From the NCBI RefSeq assembly GCF_963921235.1, contig NC_086108.1, positions 39,000,001 to 39,064,000 of the forward strand: a DNA stretch of 64,000 nucleotides, in the 5' to 3' direction. Each line of letters opens with the position of its first letter. Position 1 is the stretch's first letter. The DNA comes from Mobula hypostoma (Eukaryota). The notes under the pieces are model-generated. The model had not been told where the DNA came from. It worked only from the letters and a program-made list of their open reading frames with translations, and did not search any database. Positions 1-11,800 of the stretch are shown here, piece after piece. A program made the position numbers and the translations under genes.

Positions 1-1336
1 GAGCCAACATTAAAGACGCTGGGGTGGGTGAGAAACAAATCAACTCGTTTCAGGAAGTCATGGATTGAAAACTCATTGGTAAAAACCTAATTGATTGCTA
101 ATGTTATAAAATACAGCATTATCTCCACAGGAGTTTTGTTTTAATTTCTCCCTTAACTAACCACAGTTACATTGCCATCCCTAGTAATTATTGCTTAATG
201 GGTTGATTTCAAGCATATTCAGGTTTATACCATTTAAGTACCATATGACTTGAGAAAGATGCTACAAGAAGATCGAGGATTTCTGTATTTTTAAGGCAGG
301 ACCTTGGGTTATTTGGCATTAATTTACTGCATATTTCATCATTAGCATAGGTAAAGCATAGATAATGGAAGAATAGACAAAATACAAACGGACTGTTTAA
401 ATAATTCAGCATATCCAGCTTATAGATATATTAAAATAGCACAGAATGGGCTGAGGAGGGTTTAGGTGAAAGGAATTGCAAACAGCGATGACTACCGTTC
501 CCCCCACATTTGCGACTGAGATCTGGTGAATCTATTGCTGACTCCACTGTACTAGGTAAGGTATGTAGATTTCATATAACCTTTCCAAGAATTTAAAGTT
601 CACTATATTCCTCTAAACCTTTCTTATCTATGTGCCTGTCCGTATGTCTTGTAAAGTGTTTCTACTGCCAACTCCTCTGGCAGTTTATTTCACATATCTA
701 CTATTCCATGTGTGAAAACTTGCCCGTTCATTATGGAGGCAGGTACAGTTGGACAGGTGTATGAATAGGAAAGGCTTAGAGTGTTATGGGTCAAACTCAG
801 ACAAATGGAATCTGTATAGATCGGCAACATGGATGAGTTGACCAAAGGATTTACTTCTATTCTGTGTGACTCTGTGAATCTATACGACATTTGACTGGAA
901 AGTCTGAATCGGTTGGAATAACGTGAAGAATTTTCACCAACTATGAAAGGAAATCACAACCTCCTATCTCAAGGGAGAAATGTAAGTCTGTTCTTTTGGT
1001 ACTTGGAGTTAATGTTAATTCTTTCGCTTCCAATAGGACTTGATTGAAATGGAAACTACTGTGCACAAGACTAAAGGACTGTTGACTTACCAATATATTA
1101 CATCCACCTAAGCAATAACCTGTAGCCAATTGTTTAGCCCAAGTCTATAAATCAGAAGTGATCTTAATAGTCATTTGAGAAATGTATGCTAAATGTTTAA
1201 AACTGTAAGACAATCTGTATTTCATCTTGCATAACTCAGTGAGGCAGTGCAGATTTTTCCCCCTTTCTGCAGTCTAACAAACACTTAAATAGTTACCTAA
1301 ATCTACCCCAGCTTAAAACACTGCTGCACTTTCACA
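1..1336 (-). other. Probable proximal 3' UTR of the DENND1B-like gene, containing short CR1 3'-end remnants at about 590-880
   Basis: Lies directly downstream of the TAG. The true 3' end cannot be determined from the sequence. Confidence 0.55.
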
Positions 1337-1873
1337 CTAGGTGTTGGTGGTGGAAGCACCTACACTAGAAGTGGTGTGACCAGTTTGAATTCTGGAACAT
1401 AAACAGTCAATCTCCTTAAGTAGGTCTATTTCACTCGTGGGTTCCAAAAGTTCAGCCTCAACATCATCTTTTTCCCAAGGGATTAAAGCGGATGGGTTTT
1501 TTGGTGTATTTTCACACTGCTGTTTGTCTTCACTAGTTAGTGTTCGTTTTGGTTCCTGTTTAGCTGAAACTTTGACCTCCTGGCTCATTCCTTTGCAAGA
1601 GGAATGAGTTCCCAGTGAATCTTTACATGATGAGTCATTATGCAGTTTCGGAAAGTCTGTCAACTCCTCTACAAACACAGTGGAGCTTTCACAAGGCGTT
1701 GCTTCAAAAGTGATTGGATCTTCAGAACAGTTATAAAAAGATTTCCTTGGAGATGGTGGAAGGGGTTTTCTGTGGACAATAGTATCATCTTGTCCCAGGT
1801 GCCAACTCAGATGATCATTGCACTGCCCACCAAGTTCAGCCAGGTTTCCCTCGCTTGGAGTATTGGACTTGTT
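1337..1873 (-). CDS. DENND1B: DENND1B-like, last coding exon (178 aa + TAG): NKSNTPSEGNL...WHLGQDD...KPLPPSPRK...IPWEK...IDLLKEIDCLC...STTNT*
   Basis: Acceptor ttttcttag at 1874-1875; phase 0; 537 nt open to TAG at 1337-1339. Resembles the remembered vertebrate DENND1B C-terminus (NKSNAPSE..LGQDD..LPPSPRK..PWEK). Confidence 0.9.
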   Translation of the reverse strand, partial: NKSNTPSEGNLAELGGQCNDHLSWHLGQDDTIVHRKPLPPSPRKSFYNCSEDPITFEATPCESSTVFVEELTDFPKLHNDSSCKDSLGTHSSCKGMSQEVKVSAKQEPKRTLTSEDKQQCENTPKNPSALIPWEKDDVEAELLEPTSEIDLLKEIDCLCSRIQTGHTTSSVGASTTNT

Positions 1874-2370
1874 CTAAGAAAATGAAAAGAAAAATCAGAT
1901 TTAGAGACAAAAAACGGACAAAAATAAAACAAACAGTTGTCAGATATGGAAGCCCAACCCAAATCTCTTACACAAAATGACTATTCCTTTATCACTTTTG
2001 GAGAGTTAATATTTTCTAAGTTATAATTTAAACAAAGCGATGTTAATTTTTGATTTTGCCTCATATTTTCTTTCTAGATTGAAACTCAGTAACATTGTAT
2101 GCCAGAATAGAGGTTGACAGTCATAATAAAGGTACCTTCAAGCACTGCCTCTGTGGCATTCCTTGTTAACCAACTAAAACATATGCACAAGAAAATCTAA
2201 ATAAAAACTTTGTTAAATCTTTCAACTTGAATGAAAAAACTTGAGATTCTGAACACTTAAAACTTGACTCAAAGTCCCTTGAAACAAATCATTGGATTTG
2301 AGTTATATTATCTCTAATATTTTATTCTGATGTAGAACTGTGACCCTTGAGGTGGAATACATACACTCAC

Positions 2371-2587
2371 CCTAGTTTTATAACTGATATCATCCATTGA
2401 TTTGAAAAAGTCCAGGCTCTTTGCTGCACACAGCTTCCCTTGGTCTGAACTGTGGGTACTAAGGGTGTCGAGGATCTCTCCCAACAGGTCCATCTGGCCT
2501 GGAGATTGTGACTCCAATTCCATTTGTTCAGATTCATCACTATCCTCAATATAGGCACATATCTCTCCACTGTCTTCAGATGACAAC
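2371..2587 (-). CDS. DENND1B: DENND1B-like penultimate exon: LSSEDSGEIC...MDLLGEILDTLSTHSSDQGKLCAAKSLDFFKSMDDISYKTR
   Basis: ccttag acceptor and gtgagt donor; 217 nt, phase 2 to 0. The MDLLGEILDTLSTHSSDQGKL-AAKSLDFF-SMDDI motif is characteristic of DENND1B. Confidence 0.93.
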
Positions 2588-2844
2588 CTAAGGTACATAA
2601 ATGCTTTAAGTGGCTTGGCTTCTTGAGGTTAGTATCACCAACTGCACAAAAAAATTATCAACCATTTATGAATACATTGAAAGATTTTTATCAAAAACCA
2701 ACAAAAACATACTTGAAACGCTTAATATGTAAAAACACTTAAGTTTCTTGCATTTGTTTTAAATATCTGTAAAACTTGGATAACATCAAAAGTGATGAAC
2801 ATCCATTTGGATATCTAAGTGGCGAGATCTTATAATTCTGTCCG

Positions 2845-3580
2845 TTACAGTGACTGATGTACAAGAACACCTAGGTCTCGTTGTGCTTCCCCTTTTCCTA
2901 ACTTGACTCCATTTAGATAATAATCTGCCTTCCTGTTCTTACCACCAAAGTGGATGACCTCACATTTATCCACATTAAACTGCATTTGCCATGCACCTGC
3001 CCACTCACCCAGCCTGTCCAAGTCACCCTGCATTCTCATAACATCCTCTTCATATTTCACAGTGTCTCCCAGCTTTGTGTCATTGGCAAAATTGCTAATG
3101 TTACTTTTAATTCCCTCATCTAAACCATTAATATATATTGTAAACAGCTGCGGTCCCAGCACTGAACCCTGCGGTACCCCACTGGTCACCGCCTGCCATT
3201 CCGAAAGGGACCCATTAATCGCTACTCTTTGTTTTCTGTCAGCCAGCCAATTTTCAATCCATGTCAGTACTCTGTCCCCAATACCATGTGCCCTAATTTT
3301 GCCCACTAATCTCCTATGTGGGACTTTAGCAAAGGCTTTCTGAAAGTCCAGGTACACTACATCCACTGGCTCTCCCTTGTCCATTTTCATAGTTACATCC
3401 TCAAAAAATTCCAGAAGATTAGTCAAGCACGATTTCCCCTTCGTAAATCCATGCTGACTCGGACCAATTCTGTTACTACTATCCAGATGTGTCGTAATTT
3501 CATCTTTTATAATTGACTCCAGCATCTTTCCCACCACTGACGTCAGGCTAACCGGTCTATAATTCCCTGTTTTCTCTCTT
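2845..3580 (-). mobile_element. CR1 LINE internal fragment (reverse transcriptase), well preserved
   Basis: 230-aa ORF with [34 protein letters not shown] and FANDTK (FADD motif decayed). Confidence 0.93.
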
Positions 3581-3609
3581 CCTTCTCTTTCCTAATATTG
3601 ACCGGCATA

Positions 3610-5750
3610 TTCTTAGAACAAGAGGTTTGGATGGGGTGGAATTTGTTAGGTGTGTTCAGGAAGGTTTCCCGACACGATATTTAGATATATAGAGGAGAGG
3701 CTGTACTTGATCTGGTATTGGGCAATGAACCTGGCCTTGGTGCGAGAGCATTTTGGAGGCAGTGATCACAACTCTATCTCCTTTACCAAAGTGCGGGGAG
3801 GGATAGGAACAGACAATTTGGGAAAACATCTAATTGGGGTAGGGGGGAAATATCATGCTATTAGGCAGAAATTTGGGAGCAAATATTCTCAGGGAAATGC
3901 ATGGCAGAAATATGGCAAATGTTCAGGGAACATTTGCATGGTGTTCTGCAGAGGTATGTTCCATTGAGGCAGGGAAAGAATGATAGGGTAAAAGATCCAT
4001 GGTGTTCAAAGGATGTAGAAAATATCATTAAGAAGAAAGAAAAGCTTATGAAATGTTCAAGAAACTAGGTACTGCTAGGGCTCTAGAAATTACAAGGTTG
4101 CCAGGAAGGAGCTGAAGAATGAAATTAGGAGAGCCAGAAGGGGCTATGAGAAGCCTGGTGAGCAGGATTAAGGAAAACCCAAGGCAATCTACAAGTATAT
4201 GAAGATCGAGAGGATGAGCTGTGTGAGAAGTGAGGGAGGAGATTGCTGAGCCTCTGGTGATGATTTTTGCATCATCAATAGGAATTGGAGAAGTACTGGA
4301 GGATTGGAGGGTTGTAAAAGTTGTTCCCTTGTTCTGAAAGGTAGAAGAGATAACCCAGGAAATTATAGACCAGTGAGTCTTACTTCAGTGGTGGGCAAGT
4401 TGTTGGAGAAGAACTTGAGAGGTAGGATTTATGAGCATTTGGAGAGACATAATCTGATTAGGGATCGTCAGCATGGCTTTGTCAAGGGCAAGTCATGCCT
4501 TACGAGCCTGATTGAATTTTTGAATTCTTCTTTGAGGATGTAACAAAACACACTGATGAAGGTAGGTGTAGTGTATATGGATTTCAGTAAGGCATTTGAT
4601 AAGATTCCCCATGCAAGGCTCAGTCAGAAAGCAAGGAGGCATGGGATCCAAGAAGACCTTGCTTTGTGGATCCAGAATTGGCTTGCCCACTGAGGCAAAG
4701 GGTGGTTGTAGATGGTTCATTTACTGCATGGAGGTTGGTGACCAGTGGTGCTCTACAGGGATCTGTTCTGGGACCCCTCCTCTTTGTGATTTTTATAAAT
4801 GACCTGGATGAGAACGTGGAAGGGTGGTTTAGTAAGTTTGCTGATGGTGCAAAAGTTGGGGATGTTGTGGATAATCTGGAGTGTTGTCAGAGGTTACAGC
4901 GGGACATCGATAAGATGCAAAACTGGGCTGAGAAGTGGTAGGTGGAGTTCAACCCAGATAAATGTGAAGTGGTTCATTTTGGTAGGTCAAAATTGAAGAC
5001 AGAATATAATATTAATTTTAAGACTCTTGGCAGTGTGGAGGATCAGCAAGATCTTGGGGTCCGTGTCCACAGGACACTCAAAGGTGCTGCACAGGTTTAC
5101 AGTGTTGTTAAGAAGGTGTATGCTGTGTTGCAGTCATCAACTGTGGGATAGAGTTCAAGAGCTGTGAACTAATGTTACAGTTATATAAGACCTTGGTTAG
5201 ACCCTACTTGGAGTACTGTGTTCATTTCTGGTCACCTCACTACAGGAAGGATGTGGATACTATACGGAGAGTACAGAGGAGATTTACAAGGATGTTGGCT
5301 GGATTGGAGAGTGTGCTCTATGAGAATAGGGTGAGTGAACTTGGCCTTTTCTCCTTGGAGCGGCACACGATAAGAAGTGACCTGATAGAGGTATATAAGA
5401 TGATGAGAGGCATTGATCGTGTAGATAGCCAGAGGCTTTTTCCCAGGGCTGAAATGGCTAACACCAGGGGGCATAGTTTTAAAGTGCTTGGAAGTAGGTA
5501 CAAGGGGGATGTCAGAGGTAAGGTTTTCACACAGAGAGTGGTGAGTACATGGAATGCACTGCCAGCGGTGGTGATAGAGGCGGATACAACAAGGTATTTT
5601 AACAGACTCTTCAATAGGTACGTGGAGTTTAGATAAATAGAGGGCTATGCAGTAGGAAAATTCTAGGCAGTTTCTAGAATGGGTAACATGGTTGGCACAA
5701 CATCGTGGGCTGAGGGGCCTGTTACGTGCTGTAGACTTCTATGTTCTATG
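3610..5750 (+). mobile_element. CR1 LINE, 5'-truncated, frameshifted, with an internal deletion near 4225
   Basis: Fragments SDHNSI (endonuclease end), NYRPVSLTS, QGSVLGP, YKTLVRPYLEYC and FTQRVV; ends in a CR1-type ttctatgttctatg tail. Confidence 0.92.
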
Positions 5751-5764
5751 TAACCCTCCTCACT

Positions 5765-6075
5765 GTCAAGGACCTCTTCAAAAGGTGGTGCCTCAAGAAG
5801 ATGCCATGCATCATTAAGAACCCTCACCATCCAGGAGATGCCCTCATTTCCATTACTACCATTGGGGAAGAGGAACAGAAGCCTCAATATCCACACTCAG
5901 TGTTTTAGGAGCAGCCCCTTACCCTTTGTCATTAGATTTCTGATTGGTCACTGCCTCATTATTTTTTGTTTACACTGTGTATTTCACAGTAATTCTAATT
6001 GCACTGTACAGCTACTACAAATGTCATGACATATGCCAGTGATAATAAACATTATTCTAATACAGTACCGATTCT
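5765..6075 (+). mobile_element. Rex/Babar-like non-LTR element, 3' fragment
   Basis: Decayed IIKxPHHPG..LLPxGxR coding remnant; 3' end gtgataataaac followed by an attct repeat. Confidence 0.55.
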
Positions 6076-7339
6076 GATATCACTAGTTCAAATATCTGAT
6101 AAATCCACAATTAACAAACATCATACTTATAAATATTTCCTTGGCAGACATTAAATAACTACAAATAAAGTTATCAATTTTTGCCAGGCAGATAGAAAGT
6201 TTGCAGACAACTCACAGTGAAATATGCCATTCCACTGTCACCATTCCTTGGTCTACATCAGAACTAAACCTGGTATCCTTTCAGGAAATATCATAAGTAG
6301 TGAGTATAATGGAATATATACCACAGTACAATGCAGGTAAAATGCAGCCCTGGTTAGCTCATACCATGCATCAAGCCAGTACTTTTCATGCTGTCTATTA
6401 TACCTCAATGCCCTGGTGCACGTTTGCCATTAACGTGCTGGTAGAAGTTACTAATGCTTCCCATCTTAACTCTAATATCTGTCAGGTAAATGCACATAGA
6501 GTTTAATTGCTGTTTTCCCACACTATGGAGTTGCTTACAAGTGGGACTGAAGTGCTAGCTCTCCTCACTTTCTCTGGCTGCCTGCTTTACTGACATTCCC
6601 AGATGCCCTTATCCTCAGTCTGCCAGAGTTAACAAATTTTTGCCCTCTTTCCAATGGAGGAACATGCCAGATACAAGCAAGAGGTGAGGTAATTCTCGCA
6701 ATGGTGAAAACTGTCTTGTGAAATTATGAAGCAATTAGTTGTAGCAACCACGTTTTTGCATCCCAACCACCATACAGTAGCTGCAAGAAATAATTTTGTT
6801 CTTGCTGATAGATTGCTAAATACATACATAACCAATTCAAAGATCTGGTGAACCCACAATCAACACACATCATTAACATCAAGAGTAAACACTGATGATC
6901 GTTTTTGTTTTCTGTTTAGGTCACAAAATTATGAAGTCTCAAAACATATTTTTGTACTCAAACACGTTATTAGAAAGGGCGTGACTTATTGATTTTATAA
7001 TGTTTCGTAATTTAAGAAAAATGCTCTTATTGCAGTAGTAGAGAAAGCCATGCTGTGTTTACTGCTGGCCACTACCTGTACTTACCATGTGCCTGCTCTT
7101 GGGTCACATTTGACCTCAAGGCCTGGATGCTATGGCTTTGCTGTGAGATGGACTGGGCCATAGCAGTGAGCCTGATGGGAATAAAGCTGAGTTTTTTTCT
7201 GAAGCTTATCCAGCTCCTCAGTTCTGTTAAGTTGGAGTCAATGATGAAATCAACAGTGAAGCTGGAGGTCAGAAGAAAAGCCTCTGGCTTCCAACTCAAC
7301 TGGCTTTGGCCCATCCCCTTTGGCTTTCACTGACTTTTT

Positions 7340-7870
7340 AATCGATGCACCATAGAAAGCAACCAACCCAGACGCATCAAGGTTTGGTATGGTAATTGCT
7401 TTCCCTCAGACCACAAGAAATTGTAGAGACCTGTGCACCCTGCTCAGCATGTTATGGAAAAGGAGTCCCTTTTGTCTACACTTCTCACTGATGCAGTAAA
7501 TCAGCCAGTATAATCAAAGATCCATCCACCCCGGAGATTCACTCTTCTCCCCTTCGCATAGTTCAGGAGATACAATAGCCTGAGAGCACACACCATCAGG
7601 CTCAAGCAGAGTTTCTGTTCCACTGTAAAAAGACTGTTAGATGGGCCCTTAGAATAGTAAAATAGAGTTTTGACCTCATGGTCTACCTGGTTATGACCTT
7701 ACCCCTTGATGTCCAATTGCACTGCACGTTCTCTGTAACACTTCATTTTGCATTTTGTACTATTTTACTCTATACTACCTCAATGCACTGTTGTAATGAA
7801 TTGATCTGTATGGATGGTAAGCAAGACAAGTTTTTCACCGTATCTCAGTACATGTGACAATAATAAACCA
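7340..7870 (+). mobile_element. Rex/Babar-like non-LTR element, 3' fragment
   Basis: Decayed IES..WYGNC...IIKDPSTP remnant; ends in gtacatgtgacaataataaacc. Confidence 0.55.
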
Positions 7871-8979
7871 AAAGACTTCAAAGCTCAGTCACAGAAGTCA
7901 GTGACACTGACCTCAAAGGATGTTCCCAGCAATTTCTGTGGAAACAGCAGAAGCTGACATTTTGGTCAAGTATATCTTGGCAAAAACAGTAGAAGTCTTT
8001 TAGTAAATCTTTTAAAATAACCTATTAGCAGTCTATGATCAAGCCTGTCAGTTAGGAGTGCCTTGTTCATACTGGTTACCTAAAAACAGTGAATAACACT
8101 AGAAATAAACCCGAGTCTATACACCACTCGGTTCTACTAATGTAATTAGAGCAAATTAGATTCTTTTGTCAGCCATTGAAAATACATATCACCCATCATT
8201 CTAAAGGACTCAAAAATACAAGTGCACTTTTAGCAAGTCCAAGTGATTTGATATCTTGAAACCAGCAGAGGTCAGCATTGATACGCCCATTTCTGATACT
8301 CTGCCTCGGATTCCAATATTATCCTCAAAGCAAGAATACACAAGTAAGACAAAATAATAAATGCACCCATTGGAAAACTTGATTTTACCTAAACTTGTAC
8401 AAATTCTTCTAACAGAAACTAATATACAAAATAAACTATTCCTATAATTGTTTTTACTAGTTAAATACAACCTTTCCAATCAATGTTCTATAAAACGCGA
8501 TCACACTAATTTAGTTCAGTGGTGAAAATATGACGACCTGACTGTAGTATCTGCAAATAATTTAACAAACCTATATATTTCTTCAGAGCTACAAATTTGC
8601 TGAGAATGACAAGAAGTATGACTTTTGAAAAGAAATTGGAACCAATAGACATGTTATTTTCAACAAGGAAAACGTTCATAACTGGAAAGAGAAGATATTT
8701 CCGATGCATCACAAAAATCTTCACCGTTACTGGAGTTTGCAAAGTGCATTGTTGGTACTGGCTTTATTTTATTATCTTAACAATTATTCAAATTTATTTC
8801 AAAGTGTAATTGAGTATTCTATGCAAAGGTTAGTGGCAAGGAAAACAATACACAAAGAGCTCTTGACAATTAAGTATGCTGTTTTGATGTTGCATAGAAA
8901 TTTAGCTTCGAACTGTGCATAAGCATGATAATCAGATGAAACAGAGAAGAAATAAGCAGCAACTAAAATGATTCCTTAC

Positions 8980-9053
8980 TTGCTTGCTGTGTCTACTTCA
9001 TCGTCATCCAGCGTGGAAACATCACCAGCCTGTGATAATCGTTGAGGGCGAAT
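8980..9053 (-). CDS. DENND1B: DENND1B-like exon: IRPQRLSQAGDVSTLDDDEVDTASK
   Basis: tctttag acceptor and gtaagg donor; 74 nt, phase 0 to 2. Joins in frame to give ...ASK-LSSED, as in DENND1B (DDDDIERASKLSSED). Confidence 0.85.
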
Positions 9054-10749
9054 CTAAAGACAAACACAACAAAAAGTGATTTTTACTTCCAAGTGTTCAT
9101 TCCTTATTCCCCTCCACACCTCCTTCCCTCTTCCTTCCCTCTTACAGCTCCATAGGTGGAAGCAGCATACCCAAGTAGACAGTTGCTTATTTAAGAGTCA
9201 GGGCAGAGAATGTTAATGGGCTACTTATTTCCTGCCTGAAGGGTCTCAGTCCGAAATGTTCCTTTCCGTAGAGAGTTGCTCCAGCTTTTTGTGCATGTTA
9301 CTCTGGATTTCTAGCAAATGCAGAATATCTTGTGTTTATTCCTTGAATATACTTCCACAGTATTGAAGGGTAGGGGGGTTCCAGTGACAAAGAAAGGCTG
9401 GTGGTACATTTCTAAGTCAGGGTGGTACATGACATGGAGGGGAATCTACCAATGCACTACTGAACTCATCCTTCTTGGTGGCTGGGTAGCACTGGCACAG
9501 CAACTGCAGCCATTCTTCCAGTAGTGAAATGAATAAATATTTTGAGTTTTGGATGGGGCTGCTTTGTCCTAAATATTGAGAATGGTTTTGGAGCCTCACC
9601 CATTCAAGCAACAAGAGATGGCATGCAAGCACCTAACTTTGGGGTGTCAGGAGTTGGGTCACACCCTCGGCCTCTGTATTTCTTCTTGGAGCCAGATTTT
9701 ATGCGGCTGGTCCTACTGTGTTACAGGAGGACTGTGAGCTGAGATAGCGAGAACCTCAGGAGGAAGGTGAAATGGATTTTTTATTTCGCCCTTATGGCTG
9801 TACATGTTGAAGCTAACATACATGCGTTGTGCACTAATCTCAATGAGAATGGGAAGGTTCTTGGTTGGTTGCTGAATTGCCCACCACCATTTGCAATTTG
9901 TGAGAGCTTTTACCTGATAAATTGGTTGTGGATTTGCTTACTTGTGTCTATTACATGCTATTTTACGGTTTATAGTTCGGTGCCTTAGGTTCACAAGGTC
10001 AGTACTTCATATAATCATGTTCATACCATGCTTTTCTATAGTCCTGAGTAGACAAGGGTTGATCCTTGCTTTGAAGAGAATAGTATATGATGGGCAATGG
10101 GGTCACAGACTGTGGTGGTGTACACTTTTGTTGCTGGTTCTGGTCTGCAGCACCTCATGGATGTTTAGTTTCAGGATGCCCACACTGGTTTCGATGCTTG
10201 CCCACTGTGCATGACTGTAGGGCCACACAGCACAATGGATGGTGCCCTGAGAGTGAAGAGAGACTGTATCTTCACAGGGACTGTGCAATGGTCACTTGCA
10301 CTAATGCTGTCATGGACAGATGCATCCAGCATCTAGCCCGAGATCAAGTAGGTTCAGCTTTCATGCGGGTTCATTCACTACCTGCAATGGTTACAATCTG
10401 GCAACCACGTCTTTCAGTATCTGGCGGGCTTGATCAGTGGAGGCGCAGAACATACCAATATTGAAGGCTATTAGCAGGAGTACATTCTATGCCCTTACTG
10501 CTAAGTGTGGATTGTGCACAGATTCACCGGCTGAGGGAGGATGTAGATGTTAATCAAAATGTGGTTTCCTCACCTGCACTTGACCCTGACACCATGAGCC
10601 AGCTTGTCACTCTCCTACCCTGCTGGTGACATGGAATTCATCCAGGAATTGACACAGCAGCAGGTATATTGCCTGACTAATCTGTAGGACAGCTCTCTCA
10701 TTTTAGAATGAGTCCTCGGATGTCTATGAGAAGGCCTTTGCAAGATCAA

Positions 10750-10770
10750 CTCTCTCTCTCTCTCTCTCTC
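10750..10770. repeat. (CT)n microsatellite
   Basis: About 10 perfect CT units. Confidence 0.9.
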
Positions 10771-11450
10771 ACAAATGTTCATCTTAGAAGTTAGGTCTTA
10801 ACATTAAGATTTCCTGTGGCATTGCTCGCATTATGCTGAGTAATACTTAGTACTTTTCATTAACTGGCAAATTATACTACACCTACACCAGGTCTCATTC
10901 TGTAGCTAAGCTGCATTTTGCTTTAACCATGGCTTGCAAGATGATCACTAGAACAGGAATATTTTAAATTCAGTCAGAGGCTAACTTTAAACAGTAAAGT
11001 CTTTAAGTTTTAACTTTAGACCACAAATAAACCTGCAAGAAATGACTGATTTATTTTTTGGAAATCATCCAAGATTAAATACTATGTAAATAATTTTTAT
11101 GATGCTGCTCACACTGAATGAGAGGACATAACATCCCATGAAAATAAGAAAATTTCTTCATTTGTGCATTTAAACATGAATAAAATATTGTGTCAGAGAA
11201 CACACAGATCATGTTCCTGTACAAGTCAGTTCAAAGGATATAGATATTATGTCTGTCTTGTGCAACGTTGCTTTCTGGAACCAAGTATTCAGTGTTAATT
11301 CCATAGTCAGTGTGAACATGGCCAGCAAGGAAAATGGAAACTAACGAATATTCTTGCAATTCAAGTCAGAGACAAAGTAAATTTATTATCAAAGTACGTA
11401 TATAGTATGTCACCATTTACTACCTTGAGATTTTTTTCTTGCAGGCATTT

Positions 11451-11800
11451 CAGAATCAGAATCAGGTTTATTATCACTGGCATATATCGTGAAATTGTTA
11501 ACTTTGCAGCAGCAATACAATGCAATACATGATAACAGAGAGAAAAAAGAAAATGGTGAATTACAGTGTGTGTTACACATATATAGTTAAATTAAATAAG
11601 TAGTGCAAAAATAGAAATTAAAAGAAGTAGTGAGGTAGTGTTCATGGGTTCAATGTCCATTCAGAAATCAGATGGCAGAGGGGAAGAAGCTGTTCCTGAA
11701 TCATTGAGTGTGTGCCTTCAGGTTTCTGTATCTCCCTCCTGATGGTAGCAACAAGAAGAGGGCATGGCTTGACTGCTGTGAGTCCTTACTGACGGACACC
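11451..11800 (-). mobile_element. Rex/Babar-like 3' end with (ATTCTG)n tail
   Basis: Plus strand reads cagaatcagaatcaggtttattatcactg; related 3' ends occur at about 15470-15565 and 25220-25325. Confidence 0.6.

Noticed and set aside
684..689. Poly(A) signal for DENND1B (AATAAA on the minus strand)
   Set aside because: It lies inside a CR1 remnant and is expected by chance in AT-rich DNA; it cannot be supported without transcript data.
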